Below, one piece after another: positions 28,911-42,400 of a stretch of 64,000 bases of DNA. The DNA is from Cycas panzhihuaensis (taxonomy: Eukaryota; Plantae; Cycadophyta), in assembly GCA_023213395.1 (NCBI GenBank), contig CM041465.1, forward strand, positions 227,299,741 to 227,363,740, written 5' to 3'. The position numbers were made by a program, and so were the translations under genes. Numbering within the stretch: the stretch's first letter is position 1; the number at the start of each line of letters is the position of its first letter. The notes under the pieces are model-generated. The model saw only the letters and a program-made list of their open reading frames with translations, was not told where the DNA came from and ran no database searches.

Positions 28911-31900
28911 TAATACTCCATTTCTTTTATATAATTCTAGTAGCCCTTCTCTCCATACATCACCACTCTCCATAAGAGGGTTACTTTATCTAAGATTGCC
29001 TAAGTCCCAGATGAACATTTTGGCAACCATATTGGGGAAGTGCCATATGTGCTTCCTCTTATGATTACATTCATATCTTATTCATACAAAGTCTTTTATT
29101 TTCTTTTTATCCATCCCACCCCATACCACTCTCTCCCTCTCTCTCTTTTCTTGATTTCACTTCTTGTTATGTTATCCATGATGATGAATAGGAAGAAGCC
29201 CCTTACCTGCAATATGACTATGCATTCTTCATAAATTCAAGGACTTCACTTGAGAGAGCATGATTCTATATCTTTACTTGAGTTTCTCAATGCCATGAGC
29301 CTTCTATAAACTGACCTAAGGACTAGTACAACCCTTTGATCCCCTCATCAACCTCCTTCTCATCCTCATCTTACACCCAATCATTTTGACATTAAATAGT
29401 TCCATTTGTTAGAGTTGGCCTTTCTCATTTTGAAGCAACTCTCTCATGGGGAGTTTGCTCCTATTTAGGGCTTGGGTCATGAAGACCTAAAACCTCCTCA
29501 TTTCTAAGATGTTGTTCAACCTTCTGATGTTGTTTTTCTTAACTATCTTGGTATGGGTGACCTTTTATATATAAGAAGTTCTTGTGTGCCTCCTTATAAG
29601 GCTATAAATTCCTCATATCACTCCATTCCCTCTACCTAGTCTATTCCTTTAATTTCTTACCCCTATATACCTTCATATACTACTCAGGTTTTGAACCTTA
29701 GAGCTTCCTCTTTGCTTTAAGGGCCTCATTAATTTGGTCATGGTCCTACTTCTTAAGACTCTAGCTTATTCTAATTTTCCTTTCCTCTTACTCATGCCCT
29801 ATCTCACTAGGTCTCTACCTTAATTTTAGGTTTTAACCCAACGAGTCTTGCCCTTATTCCACTAATTTATTCTACTACTAAGCTTGACCTTCCTTAGATT
29901 ACTATTGTAGCTCCTTTCTAGGGAATTGATACCTCCTTTATTCACCTATGGGGGTAGTCCTTCATCCTATTATATAGATCTATTCCCCCACTTTCATCTT
30001 CCCATATGCTTATTATCATGCATACCTAGTTTGTTCAATTAGGACCTATTCCTACTAATATCATGACTCTTATAACTTTATGGATACAATCACTTTTTAC
30101 TAGTGTTCTACCTATTGCATGAAAACTCGTTACCACCTCCACTCCTCAACTAACTTGGGGATTTGATCCATAGCCTAGAGGATCTTACAAGGTACTCTTT
30201 GTTTCCTACCCAAGTGCAAGTAGATGTCCCCTTCTTAGAAGTGATGCTCACATCACTTATGTTCCTTCACAGCTTATTGTCCCTTTGTCCTATATTCTCC
30301 TTATGGGAACTCATGTAACTTACATAGATATGACTTAAATACAAATACCCTCTTACCTATATATTAATTATCCTCCTTATAAAGGGTCCTTTAGTATTTT
30401 CCATCTCTCTTTTATTCTTAAAGCTTGACCCTCTTAGGTGGATACAACTACAACATAAATATAACACTCTTCACACCCTGATTATTTTATACATGGGTTA
30501 GTTCCCCCCTTCTTAATTATTTTTTCAACCATCCTCATTCTCCATCATGGAGAGGAGGATATATACTGAATATAATAGGAGCCCCTTTGCTCTAATGTAC
30601 CTTGCCACCTTTCATCCCTAGGCTTTCTAAATTTAGTAGGGAGTTAGGATAAGATCCCACTTACATGCAAGCTCTTAGACTCACATGTGTAGATTACCTT
30701 CCTTATGACTATATAATAATGAGGATCTTCCCTAAATCCCTATTAGGTGATGTTTAGAAGTGGTTTTATAGAGTGTCTGATGTTTTTATTTACTCATTTT
30801 AAGAGCTTATCAATGTCATTATAAACTACATTGATATTGCATTCCCATTTGAGACTGGACTGAAAGCCCTTTTCACTACCAAATAAAGGGAAGATGAGTT
30901 TCCTATGTATTTATCCATCATTTACAGGATCTTGTTCATGCTTATCAAAGGCCCTTAACTAATAACTTACTTTTTTAACTATTAACCAATGCACTTAAAC
31001 CTCAAGTCCATCTTAAGGTGCTTAAGCTTGGTCCCACAACCTACAAAAATACTATTGATAAATGCTTGGTCCTTAAGCCTTTTGAGATCTAGGCTCAAAT
31101 CAAGAAGCTCAACAAATATCCTCCCTCTCCCAAATAGGAATCCATTTAAAACCATAAGCATATTCAAAGCAACAAACCTATGATTAGCTCACTTCTATCT
31201 TATGAGCTCTAGAGTAATCCATCATGACCAAGATCTCAGCCACTACTCCTAACCCATCTAAAGATTCTAAGATAATCCATGTAATAGAGTAAAAGCCAAA
31301 GTAAGGGGAAACCCCCCTCCATGTCAAAAGGGGCCCTTGGTGCTCATACCATTAGATTTATACTTATGATTGATCTAAGTGTGATAAGGTTAAGCAACTT
31401 ACAAGGAACTACCCTCCTCCCTACCAGTAACTAGCACATGAAAATACAAACTTGTTGATCCATATTAACCCATTCCCTAATCATCAAGATAAGCATAAGT
31501 GGAATGGCCCTATTAAGGATGAGGAACCTATATTATCTCTCAACTTAAGATTGAGGAAACTCCCACTCCTCCTAAGGGTGCCTAAATGAAGAAGAACTAT
31601 CATTATAACCAAAAACCACCTAATGACTAAGAACTACCATCCAAGGTTATTAACATGGTGAAAATGCCTAACCTCTTTACTATTAATACCCAAAAATGCC
31701 CAACAACTTCAAGGTGATCTCCTATTCTAAACTAACTAATGATATTACAAAGATCCTTCTATGTCTTGTTAAGGTTAACTTTTATCACACCCTCTTACAA
31801 ATTACTAAGATGAAAGCTTTTTCTATTACGGAAGATCTTAAGTTTGTGATTATGAGTATTTTTATGTTAGATTTACTTAAGAGTTAATCTAGAGCAAAAA

Positions 31901-32086
31901 CTACTCCTACTCAAGGTCATTGGTATCAAGCAACCTAATCCTACCAAATCCCTCATGGCCTTCAACCCTTTTTAACTTAATGACCATTGGGATTATTGAA
32001 ATATTCCCTCATTCTTCATTCTCATCATAAGTAGAGAATGGACTATTAAGAGGTGTATTATTAATAAGGGCACTACTACTGGCATC

Positions 32087-35000
32087 TATTAAAAATGGGG
32101 TAACAAGATTGCTCTGATACCATGTAAGAACAACAAGATCTAAATGCGTGTACCTTGATTCAAGTATAATAAGAAAGATATTGATAAATATTAAAAAAAA
32201 AGTAAATAAGCAAGAAATATGAAGATGCAAAGGTATGGGTAAATTTGCCACATTATAGACTCTCTCTTGGGCAGAGCTTCCACATTAATCAGAATCCAAT
32301 ATGAACTACAAAGGTGTAGGGTAATATTTATAGCCATCTGCCAAGATTACAAGGAATTAGGATAGGCCGACTTAATGACACGAGGTGGACCCGACCTTAC
32401 AAACCAATGTGATTTAATTATATAAAAGGGTTCTTTGTATAATATAAACATTATCATATAGAGGTATTAAGAAATGAAGGAGATATTAGAAAGTTTTAAT
32501 ACCCTCCCTTAATAGAAACTTCATTTCTTCAAATGCTGAGGTTAAATCTAAATCATTCAAACTTTAGTTTACCAAGTACTTTAGTGAAGATGTATGTAAC
32601 CTAGTCTTCAGTAGGATAGTAGATAAGATCAACTTCTCCATTTTAGACATACTCATGGATAAAGTGATGGTGGACCTCAATGTGATTAGTTCTAGAATGG
32701 AATACAAGATTCTTTGTCATCTTCAATACACTTTGATTGTCATAGTATAGGATGGTTGATGAAGTCTGCTAAAGTCCAAGCTTGGCGAGAATCCTTCTAA
32801 GTGAAATCGACTTAGTTATAGCATGGACAACTACTTTATATTCTACTTCAGTGGAGGAAAGGGTAACAATAGGTTATTTTTACAACTCCATGAGATTATA
32901 GTTTAGATCATATCAAAATAATAGCCTAAGTTAAATGGCATGTATCCTAGAAACTAGCCTAGTTAGCATCCATATGTTCCTTTAGAATAGGTGATTCAGT
33001 CTTGTTGTACTCAAGGCCAAACTAATGAGTGCCATGGATATATTTGAGGATCCTAGTGGCTACTTTCTAATGAGATACTTTGGGTTATGATATATACCTA
33101 TAATAGATCCGTACTACATATGACATGTCTGGGTGAGTGTAAGTGAGATAGATAAGATTCCCAACTAACTACCAATACAAAGTAGGATCAAAAGGTTTTT
33201 CTTGTTCATCTAAGTTTAACTTGGTTCCTGTCTCCATAGGAATTGGTGCAAGCTTACATTCTATCATCCTAAATCTTTCCAAGAGTTCATTAGCATACTT
33301 GGTTTGACTCAAGAGGATGTGTCATAATTCTTGCCAAACTTCAATTCCAAGGAAGTAATGAAGCAAGCTAAGGTCATTCATCTCCAAATTTCTCTTCAAC
33401 TCTAATTGGAGCCAAGAAATTCCATCTATATCATTGCCAGTGATAGTAAGATCATCCACATATAGTACAATGATTATGATCAAATTATCACGTAAATATA
33501 GAGATTAGGGTTAGAGGGTGAACAATTAAATCTATGTTGAGTAAGAAATGCATATGTCTTTACATACCAGGCATGTGGTACCTACTTGAGTCTATAAAGG
33601 GATTTTTTGAGTCTACGAAGTGTTCTTATCTTAGAACAACATAGCTTGGGGGTTATTTCAAGAAAACCTCTTCTTTGAACTCTCCATTAAGGAAAACACC
33701 CTTCACATCAATTTGGTAGACAGGCCATGCAAATTAGGCTATTAGGGACATAAACAAATAGAATATGATCATGTTAGCTATTGATGCAAAGGTTTCACCA
33801 TAGTCAATTCCTTTCTATTGTTTAAAACCTCTTATAATAAGGAAATCTTTGTGACGTTCTATGGTGCCATTTTCATGGAACTTTGTCTTGTATAGCTATC
33901 TATAGTCAATTGCTTTCTTCCCAAGTGGAAATTCAGTCAGCTCCCAAGTGTCATTTTTTACGATGAAATTCATCTCTTCATCCATAGCTACTTTCCATGT
34001 TTGGTCTTTGACTACCTCCTCAAATGTGGAAGGCGGCTCAAGAGTTTCAAGGACACGTGCCATGAGGGCAAATTTTATAGATTGTCTCATCTTGGAAGGC
34101 CTCTTTGCAACTGTGGGAGGAGGAAGAGCATCCTTTAAAAGCTGTTGTACCCATTTAGGAGGTGGCTAAAAGCTAGTGGCTTCCACCTAAAGATCATCAA
34201 TTAAAATAGGAGGTAAATTTATACTTGCTTGAGTGGATGACAAAGAAGCTGTTAGAATTGGTGATGGACTAGGAGTGTAGGAGTAAGTTGGTACAGGTGG
34301 CTCCAAAGTTTATCCAAGGGTCACTTATGTTACACCAACTTCATCTTTTACTACAATTTGATGTGGAGGAGATGTCAATACCTGTGGTTCTTCTGTAAAG
34401 ATTACATCTTGTGTCATATAAGCTTGGTTACTAAGTATATCAAAGACTTTATAGGCTTTACAACCAAGTACATAGCCAAGGAAGATGTACTTAAGGCTCT
34501 TGTCATCAAGTTTCTTCTTATTATCCTTTGGGACATGTTTGTATACCATGCATCGAAAGATCCTTAAGTGAGCTACACATAGTTTCTATCCTAACCAAGC
34601 TTCTTTAGGAATAATGTTCCTAATCACAATCGTAGGACTTATGTTGGTTAGGTAAGCAACTATGGCAATTGCATCAACCCAAAATTTGGTGGCAAGGTTG
34701 GTTGCACTAAGCATGGATTTTCCTTTGTTGATCAAAGTCTAATTCATCCTTTCAGCTACATTATTTTGTTATGGTGTGTGAGGAGCAAAAAATTGATGTA
34801 GCAGCTTTGAACTCTTTGAATTTGTCTAGGGCTTGATATTTCTGTCTCAAGAAGTAGACCCATACTTTCCTTGAGAAGTCATCTATGAAGGTAATGAAAT
34901 ACTATATTTCATTAATAGATTATATGGATATAGGGCCATAAATATTAGAATGTACTAACTCTAATGGTTGTGAAGCTCTCCATGAATTCTTAGAAGGGAA

Positions 35001-38000
35001 TTTTTCTCTTTGTTACTTTCCCTTTAGGCATGCCTCGCATATGTTTTGGTATCTCTTGATTTTGGGTAAGGCATATATAATTTTGAGCCTAGACATGAGG
35101 TTCAAGTTTTGCATATTCAAATGACCTAGGCATTGATGCCATAGGTGGTCTTTAGATCTATTTGTGGTCACTTCATCTTTTGAGTGGGAGAATTCTCTTG
35201 GCTCATATATGCAAGGGGACTCTTCCTCAATTACATCCTTCCTCTTATCATATTGAGTTATGCTGGCCATTGAGTAAGATTCATGTTGAGGAGTAGTGGC
35301 AAGAGGAATACCATCTAGCCTATATAAACCACCATCTTCATGTCCTATAGCCACAAATTTTCCTATAACATGATATGTAATTCTACAAATGCCCTGGCTA
35401 AAGAGGACATCTAAGTTTTACTTATCCATTTAACTAATGGAAAGTAGGTTCATCTTCATACCAGGTACAAGGAATACATTACTGATGTGGTATCTAATAT
35501 TAGAGTCATTCAATGTGATTGGTGCCCTACTAATTTTGGTCACATTGTAAGTCATGTTGTCCCCAAATGTGACCATTTGAGTGTTGATTAGTTGGGTCTC
35601 TTCTAATATTTTTTTAGAACCTATCATGTGTTTTGTTACACCAGAATCAAGAAGCCATGTGGTCTCATCAAGCTAAGAGGACAATGCTACAAAAAATATA
35701 TTATGGGAGGAGGAGTCTTGACCATTTTCCATATTGCCACCTTATTGTTGATTATATTATTGGTTTCTTTGATTCTTATTTGAGAATCATTGCCTATTTT
35801 GAGGTCTTTAACCTTTTGTGGGCCTTGGATTCTAATTTTGCTAATAGAATTAGCTTTGAGGTTGATATGATGGCCCCTCTTATGGGTAGAAAGGGCCTCC
35901 TTGTTATTGAATTGGACTACCATATTAATAATAAGGGCCTCCTTGTTATGGAAATGGGGCTTCTTGAGGAGGACATGGTTCTTCTTATTGATAAGAAGAT
36001 CCTTGTATTTGTTGATTATAACTAGGGCCTTCTAGATGGTATGAAGGTGCTCCTTGTTGATAAATGAGGGGTGTTTGTTAATAGACTAACCCATATGCTT
36101 GGCTCCCTTGGTTTTAAAAGAGTTATAAATCAGCTTATCTTCTCCTACATTCAATAGTTAGATGTCTAGATTTTCCATAGTAGAGACAAGTTACATTTTA
36201 TTTACCCTGCTGATTCTTTTGAAACTTTCCCTATGGTTGATATTGTAATTGTTGAGGCTAATGATTTGGACAAGAGGAGAAGAAGGTGCTAATAATATAC
36301 TATTGAGTTAGGCACTGATGTGACTCTTGTAATATTAAGAGGGAGTCCAAGAGTTAAGCCAGGTCTTGTTACTGGCTAAGCTCTTAGACTACTATATTAA
36401 CAATCTTACCCTTTTTTTAGTTTTAGGCTACAAAGGCAAGCATTGAGTCAGATGTTAATGTCACCCTCAGTCAGTTAAGAATATTTTCCTCTCAAAGTAA
36501 GAGCCCCTGAAAGGTTATGAAGTCCATCTTAGAGTAGTTGTCATATAACTTAGAGATAAAGGAGTTGTATTCAATAGGTAAAATGTTTATAATGCTTGAG
36601 ATTAGATCATGGTCAGAAGGTAGCTCACCAAGGATAATCAATTAGTTTCTAATGGTTTTGACTTCAGTCAAATGATTTAAAATGTTTTTGATGAAAGGCA
36701 TGGTAAATAGGCAAGCCTTAAGGGTAAGAGACCTAGATTCATCCTTCCTCTCATAGAGTGAACAAAGTATGGTCCAAGCTTTATTTGAGCATTGTGCTAA
36801 TTCAATGTTTTGATACACTTGGTCTTCAACTACCAAGTGGAGTAAGGATAATGCTATGTTATCCTTATCTTTAAAGTTAACTAAGACTATAGTATTAGGT
36901 GGAATAGTTTTAGTGGGACCATTAGGATCTTAAGTAGGCTTAGACATGGGTATATCCCCATTGACGTAGGCCCAATATTCATTCATGATAAGCAAGCTTT
37001 TAACTTACCTTTTCCAAGGTATAAAGTTATTAATACCGTTGAGTTTGATGTTGTTGAAAAGAAGCATTTATAATTCCATGTTTGAAAGGTGTTTTATGTT
37101 TGATATTTTATTTTTTATTTTTTTTATGTGATGAGGTACTAATCTACCTAAGTGGCTTCTAATTTAAGATTCTAAGGCAAAGGGTCTCTAGGAAAGCTCT
37201 CGGCTGCTATCCTATCTAATGGTGCCTACCTATAAGTGGCAAACCAGGGACCCGATATATTAGTACATGAGCTCAAGGGTTCAATACACCTTAGTACATG
37301 GGCCACTAAGAACGTCCTAAGACCCCTTTGATTTGTTTCTCTAGCTACATTAGTCTTATACTGAACGATAGATCTAGCAGTGAGAACTTACTAACTAAGG
37401 CACTCACCCTCCTAGGTCTAACCTAGTCTCCAAACTCTAAAAGATAAGGTCTCCTCCTCACCCTACCACCTATTACACCTTATAGCCAATGACATTCCTC
37501 ATCTAATATGAGTAGGCCAAGAGTGTGTGCATGGTGGTAACTTCATTAGTCTTAATTATTCCCTTTGTAAGGCTAAAAATGGGTGTTTAATTTAGGAGTT
37601 ATCTTTTTAATATGAAAATTTAATTTTTTTAAGTAAGTTTCTTACACACAAGAGGTTCTTTCTAAAGTAATAAATAAAATGAAGAAGAAATAAATCAAAT
37701 TAAAATGACAAGGGTAGGTTTAGAAGGCTCTTGATAAGCAAATCTTTTAGAGTTAACTTCTTTAACCTTCTAAGAGTAACACCTACATATGAGACATCAC
37801 CAAGCACTTATTAGCCTTAAAAATTAGAATTGAACAACTAAAAATGATAAGCCACAACCTAATTTAGCAAAAGAACCTCAAGAAAACTAAAACATACCTT
37901 CAAATCTTGAAAAATAAGGCTCAAATAGCTCAAACATAAGGGTCAATTTGAGTAGTTAATATCTCCTTCAAATCAGCTCCAAATCTAGCTCAATTTTATT

Positions 38001-39445
38001 CTAAGCTACAGAGATCTAAATCAAATTTTCAACACTTTAAATGATTTAAAAAATGGACACACAGTTGAGGAGATATCATAGAAATAGTATAGGTACTTTT
38101 TTATGTCTAAAAAACAAATGAAAACAGGGTTAAGCCCCCTTCAGATTAGGCCCCAGTCACCTATAGAGTCCACTTGAGCACCTCTTAATAGTACTATGGG
38201 GCTAATAGATGTGAAAAATTATCCAAAGGAGTTTATAACTTTTGCACAATAAAAAATAAATAAATATAGTTCATTTAGGCTTAAAGTCTACCCTTTAGTC
38301 AAAGAAAAAGGGTCATATGCAGCCCTAATGTGATCAAATGGAGGGGTTGAAGTGGACCTAAATGTATTTTTAATCTGATTTAATATCATTTCACTAAAGT
38401 GATGAATTATAGGATAAAAAAAAAATCAAAATTTTTAATGTTTGGAGGTTGCACAACATGTACATGAGGTGTGCGGGCCCTATGGAGGATAGACGAGCTT
38501 GACGACACCCAAAACGATCACCAACTATTACAAAATTTTAGGAGGAGGGGCACAGGACCTAGATGGAGCTAATAGAATAGACAAGACTCAAAAAGATTCT
38601 CTATAGAGGTCGCACAAAGCTACTAAAGTTATAAATCCTTCGTAGGCCCTACAATGAAGAATGAAGCCAAAAATAACTAAAAAACTCTAGAAAACTCCTA
38701 TATCAGGCACTAGAAATGGGTTTGGGGCTACTACAAACCCCAATAATGCTCCATCAAGTATAAATCATCAATAATATGATTGCAAAAAATAAAAAATATG
38801 ATTTTTCACATGTTTTCTTCAATAAAACTAAGACATACCCTAGATAGATGTAAATGAGCTTTGAAATCTACTGTGGGAGGCTAAAATCTCTCACAACTAG
38901 CTGTGTATGAGCTCTAACACTATATGAAACCTCAAATTTTCCATAAAATATGAAGAAAACAGAGTAAAATAAGCTTAAAATCACTAAAATACTCTAAAAT
39001 CAGGCATGTTCTAGCTTTGATACCATGTTAAAAATGGGATAACAAGATTGCTTTGATACCATGTGAGAACAACAAGATCTAAATGCATATACCCCAATTC
39101 AAGTATAATGAGTCATATATTAATAAATATTCAACAAAATAAGCAAATAAGTAAGAAATATAATCATGTAAAGGTATGGGTCAATTTTCCACACTGTAGA
39201 CTCTCTCTTGGGTAGAGCTTCCACATTAATTAGAATCCAATATGAAGTACAAAGGTGCAGGATAATATTTATAGCCATCCACCAAGATTATAAGGCATTA
39301 GGATAGGCTAACTTAGTGGCACAAGAGGTAGACCTGACCTCACTATCTAATGTGATTTAATTACATAAAAGGATCCTTTTGTACAATATAAATATTAGCA
39401 TACAAACGTATAAAGAAATAAAGGAGATATTACAAAGTCTTAATA
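32087..39445 (-). mobile_element. Full-length degenerate Ty1/Copia element (Copia-A)
   Basis: LTRs 32087-32501 and 39026-39445; TSD GCATC at 32082-86 and 39446-50; PBS reverse complement 39014-25; PPT reverse complement from 32502; gag KLNGINNFIPWK, LWHQCLGH, KLDDKS..FLGY, EPPSTFEE...W..AMDEEM, YVDD, HIEVHHHFI. Confidence 0.95.
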
Positions 39446-42400
39446 GCATCATTGCCCTTTACTTATTTGAGCCCTTTGGAATTATTGTCTTTAAGCCTAT
39501 AAATTGGGTTTATTAAGGGTATGATAAGGGACAAACCATTCATATAGGCAAGGTTTTACTTATCCTTATCCTTCATAGTAAAATTATTATTACTGAGCTT
39601 ACAACCATTAACCTTGATCTCGAATATAACATGTTATTGGATAGGCTATAGATTAATTAGATGGAGGCTAGTTATTCCTTTATCTTTTGTATACTCTAAA
39701 TGTTCATGAGGGAGAGCTCCAGATAACTTGTCATTGGCATAAACCCTAATAATAATAAATATCTTTGGTCAATACTTTCCTAAAAAGGGATGAATTTGAA
39801 CCCTCTTTTATATCTCTTCATTTTGGTTAGTATTACAAGACTAATAGATAAGGAATGAGCAATAGAGTTGAGATTAAGATGTTTATATGATTAATCGATT
39901 CATGCATGACCTTAACCATTTTGAGAATGGTGAGACCATTCTTAAGCACCCCACTGACTCATCTCCTAGCCTCACTCCTAATCACTACAAGCTTATCTTT
40001 TTCAAGTATATCCATTTGGCTTCTCATTTAGCTTCTAAAGGTTATGAGGCCCTAATATTCTCTCCACTAGTAGATCTTTCCCCTTGTCACTTTGAAGAGG
40101 ATAGAACTTTACTCATTGGTGACACCACTAACATTGATCTTGGCATTACTAATGAGCCTTGTATTATTAAAGTTGGGGTTGATTGCTCCCCTAAAGAAGT
40201 CCAATAGATCAAAGAACTTATAATTAAGTTCTATCCCATTTTGCCTTATGACAAGTTTGATATGAAGGGACTTCACCTTAATATCATTACCCATTTTGTC
40301 ATTGCTCTCCTAAGGGCTAGGACTAAGCATCAATGCCTATAGCCCCTTTGTCAAGTCTACTATGATAGTCTCTCCTCTAAGAAAAAATCCCAAGCTACCT
40401 ACAATAGGAACTTGTGGCCAAAAAAATTTAAAGTGGGATATAAGGTTCTTAAACTCAAGTATCTCAATAAAAAGTAGTGTAAATTTATGGTTAAATGGGT
40501 AGGCCCTTTTCTTATAATAAAAGACCTAAATAATAGTGCCTAATATATTTCTATAATAGATGAGAGTGAGCTTAAGAATCTTGTAAACTCTTAATTCCTT
40601 ATCTTTATTACTTGTAGCTCTTCCCCTCCTTTGCTCTTTAATAAGCTTAAAATATAACATCTATTATTACACAGGTAACTATCAACTTTCCCTAAGCTCA
40701 ACACTTTAGAATGCTCTAAAAAGAGTATAAACTACATGATTTTCTCCTCTCTCTATATTTGCTATTTTTAGGCACTTTTATTATTACCTTTATCCTTTGA
40801 GTTTTTGGAAGCTAGGCTTGAAGTTCTAAGTTGTAAATCATGTCATATCCTTGGGAAGAGGTAGATTACTATGGAAAGTTAATGAGATGTTAAGTCAACA
40901 ATATCCTTAATATCTCTATAGTTGAAGGATCCCAATCATTGTTTTATCTTGAATTGATCTCCTTGTCAAAGGTTTATCTCACAACTCTTTTAATGAGGGA
41001 TATAATCTACTTTAAGGAAGCATCATTTAGGTGAGTGTTATTTGGGGCATGCACACACTTAATGGATTCACACATAATGTTTCATAGGCATTATGAATGG
41101 AATTCTACCTTTTCTCTTATAAGGGAGATTAGTAGGGTCCAAGGGCTTCTTATAAGTTTATGTGTTGCCTCTTTTTTTCTATTATTTCAATTGTCATATG
41201 TTGTAGCTAACTCGTAATCTAGGAGGAATGTCTCTTATGGTTCCCTTAGTAGTCCTTATTCCTCAGTACATTGCCTTCACTCCTTACCTCATAGCAAAAG
41301 CTTTGCTCCCTATTTGAGTGCCTTATCTTATTTACCTATAACACCTTTATCCATAGCTAGTCATCCATCATAGGGGGGATATGGAAGGGGATAAGGTCAA
41401 AGGTAGTAATATATTAAATTGACCCTAAAAAAGATCTACTTCTCTAAACACAAAAGAAAACTGAAATGAAAGTTAAGATAAATCCCATAAGAGCCAAATG
41501 TTCAAAACAATCCAAATGGATTAACTTACAAAAGGTGATTTATAAATAAATGATAATCCTTTATTTATAGTTGTCAAAATTGACCACCTTTAAAAAAAAT
41601 AACTTTCTAATAACAATAAAAATAACTTCTAATAATTATTATTATATAACTACTCCCTAATAATAGTAAAATTGACTTCTAATAGTTGAATTTAATAATT
41701 TATCATATTTGTGCCCATCTTCCATAATTGAATAGGTTATAACAAGTTGCTCACCTTAAAAATTTACTTTTCCTATAAAGTAATGGTAATGATAGATGAC
41801 TTTGAATGGATTATTCACTCTTATGTTGCTCTTTGTTATAGTACTCTCTTCCATTTAATCAAATGCTCTATGATATTCCATAATCTAAGCTTATGTTGGT
41901 GAATATTTATTATTCCTTTAGGTTTTAACACAAGTTTTCTCTCTTTTCTATTATTGGTAATTCAATTACTATCCCAATGTGGTACCGCACCTTTTTCTTA
42001 AGGTTGGATACTTAGAAGATATTATGAATCTTAATACCTTGAGGTAGGTCAAGGGATTAGGCCACTTCTCCAATCCTTCCTTGAATTTTATATGGACTAT
42101 ATAATTGAGATGCAAGTGTATAACTCCCTTACTAGTTAAGAAAGACCTAATTATATGGTTATAACCTTACATAAAACTAGTTTCCTACTTTAAATTACCT
42201 TTTAGTCCTCTTCTAGATAGCTTGTTACTTTATTTGATTATTTACAGCATTATAATTGTTCTTAAGCTCTTCTAAAGTTTTTTTAGATTGTGCTATTAAT
42301 TCCTCTACTATAAGATTTTTGTTGTAACTTGAATATAACCCACTAGTGTATGGAATAAGTGACTATATAATGCCATGAAGGGTGTTGTTTTAATATAGGA

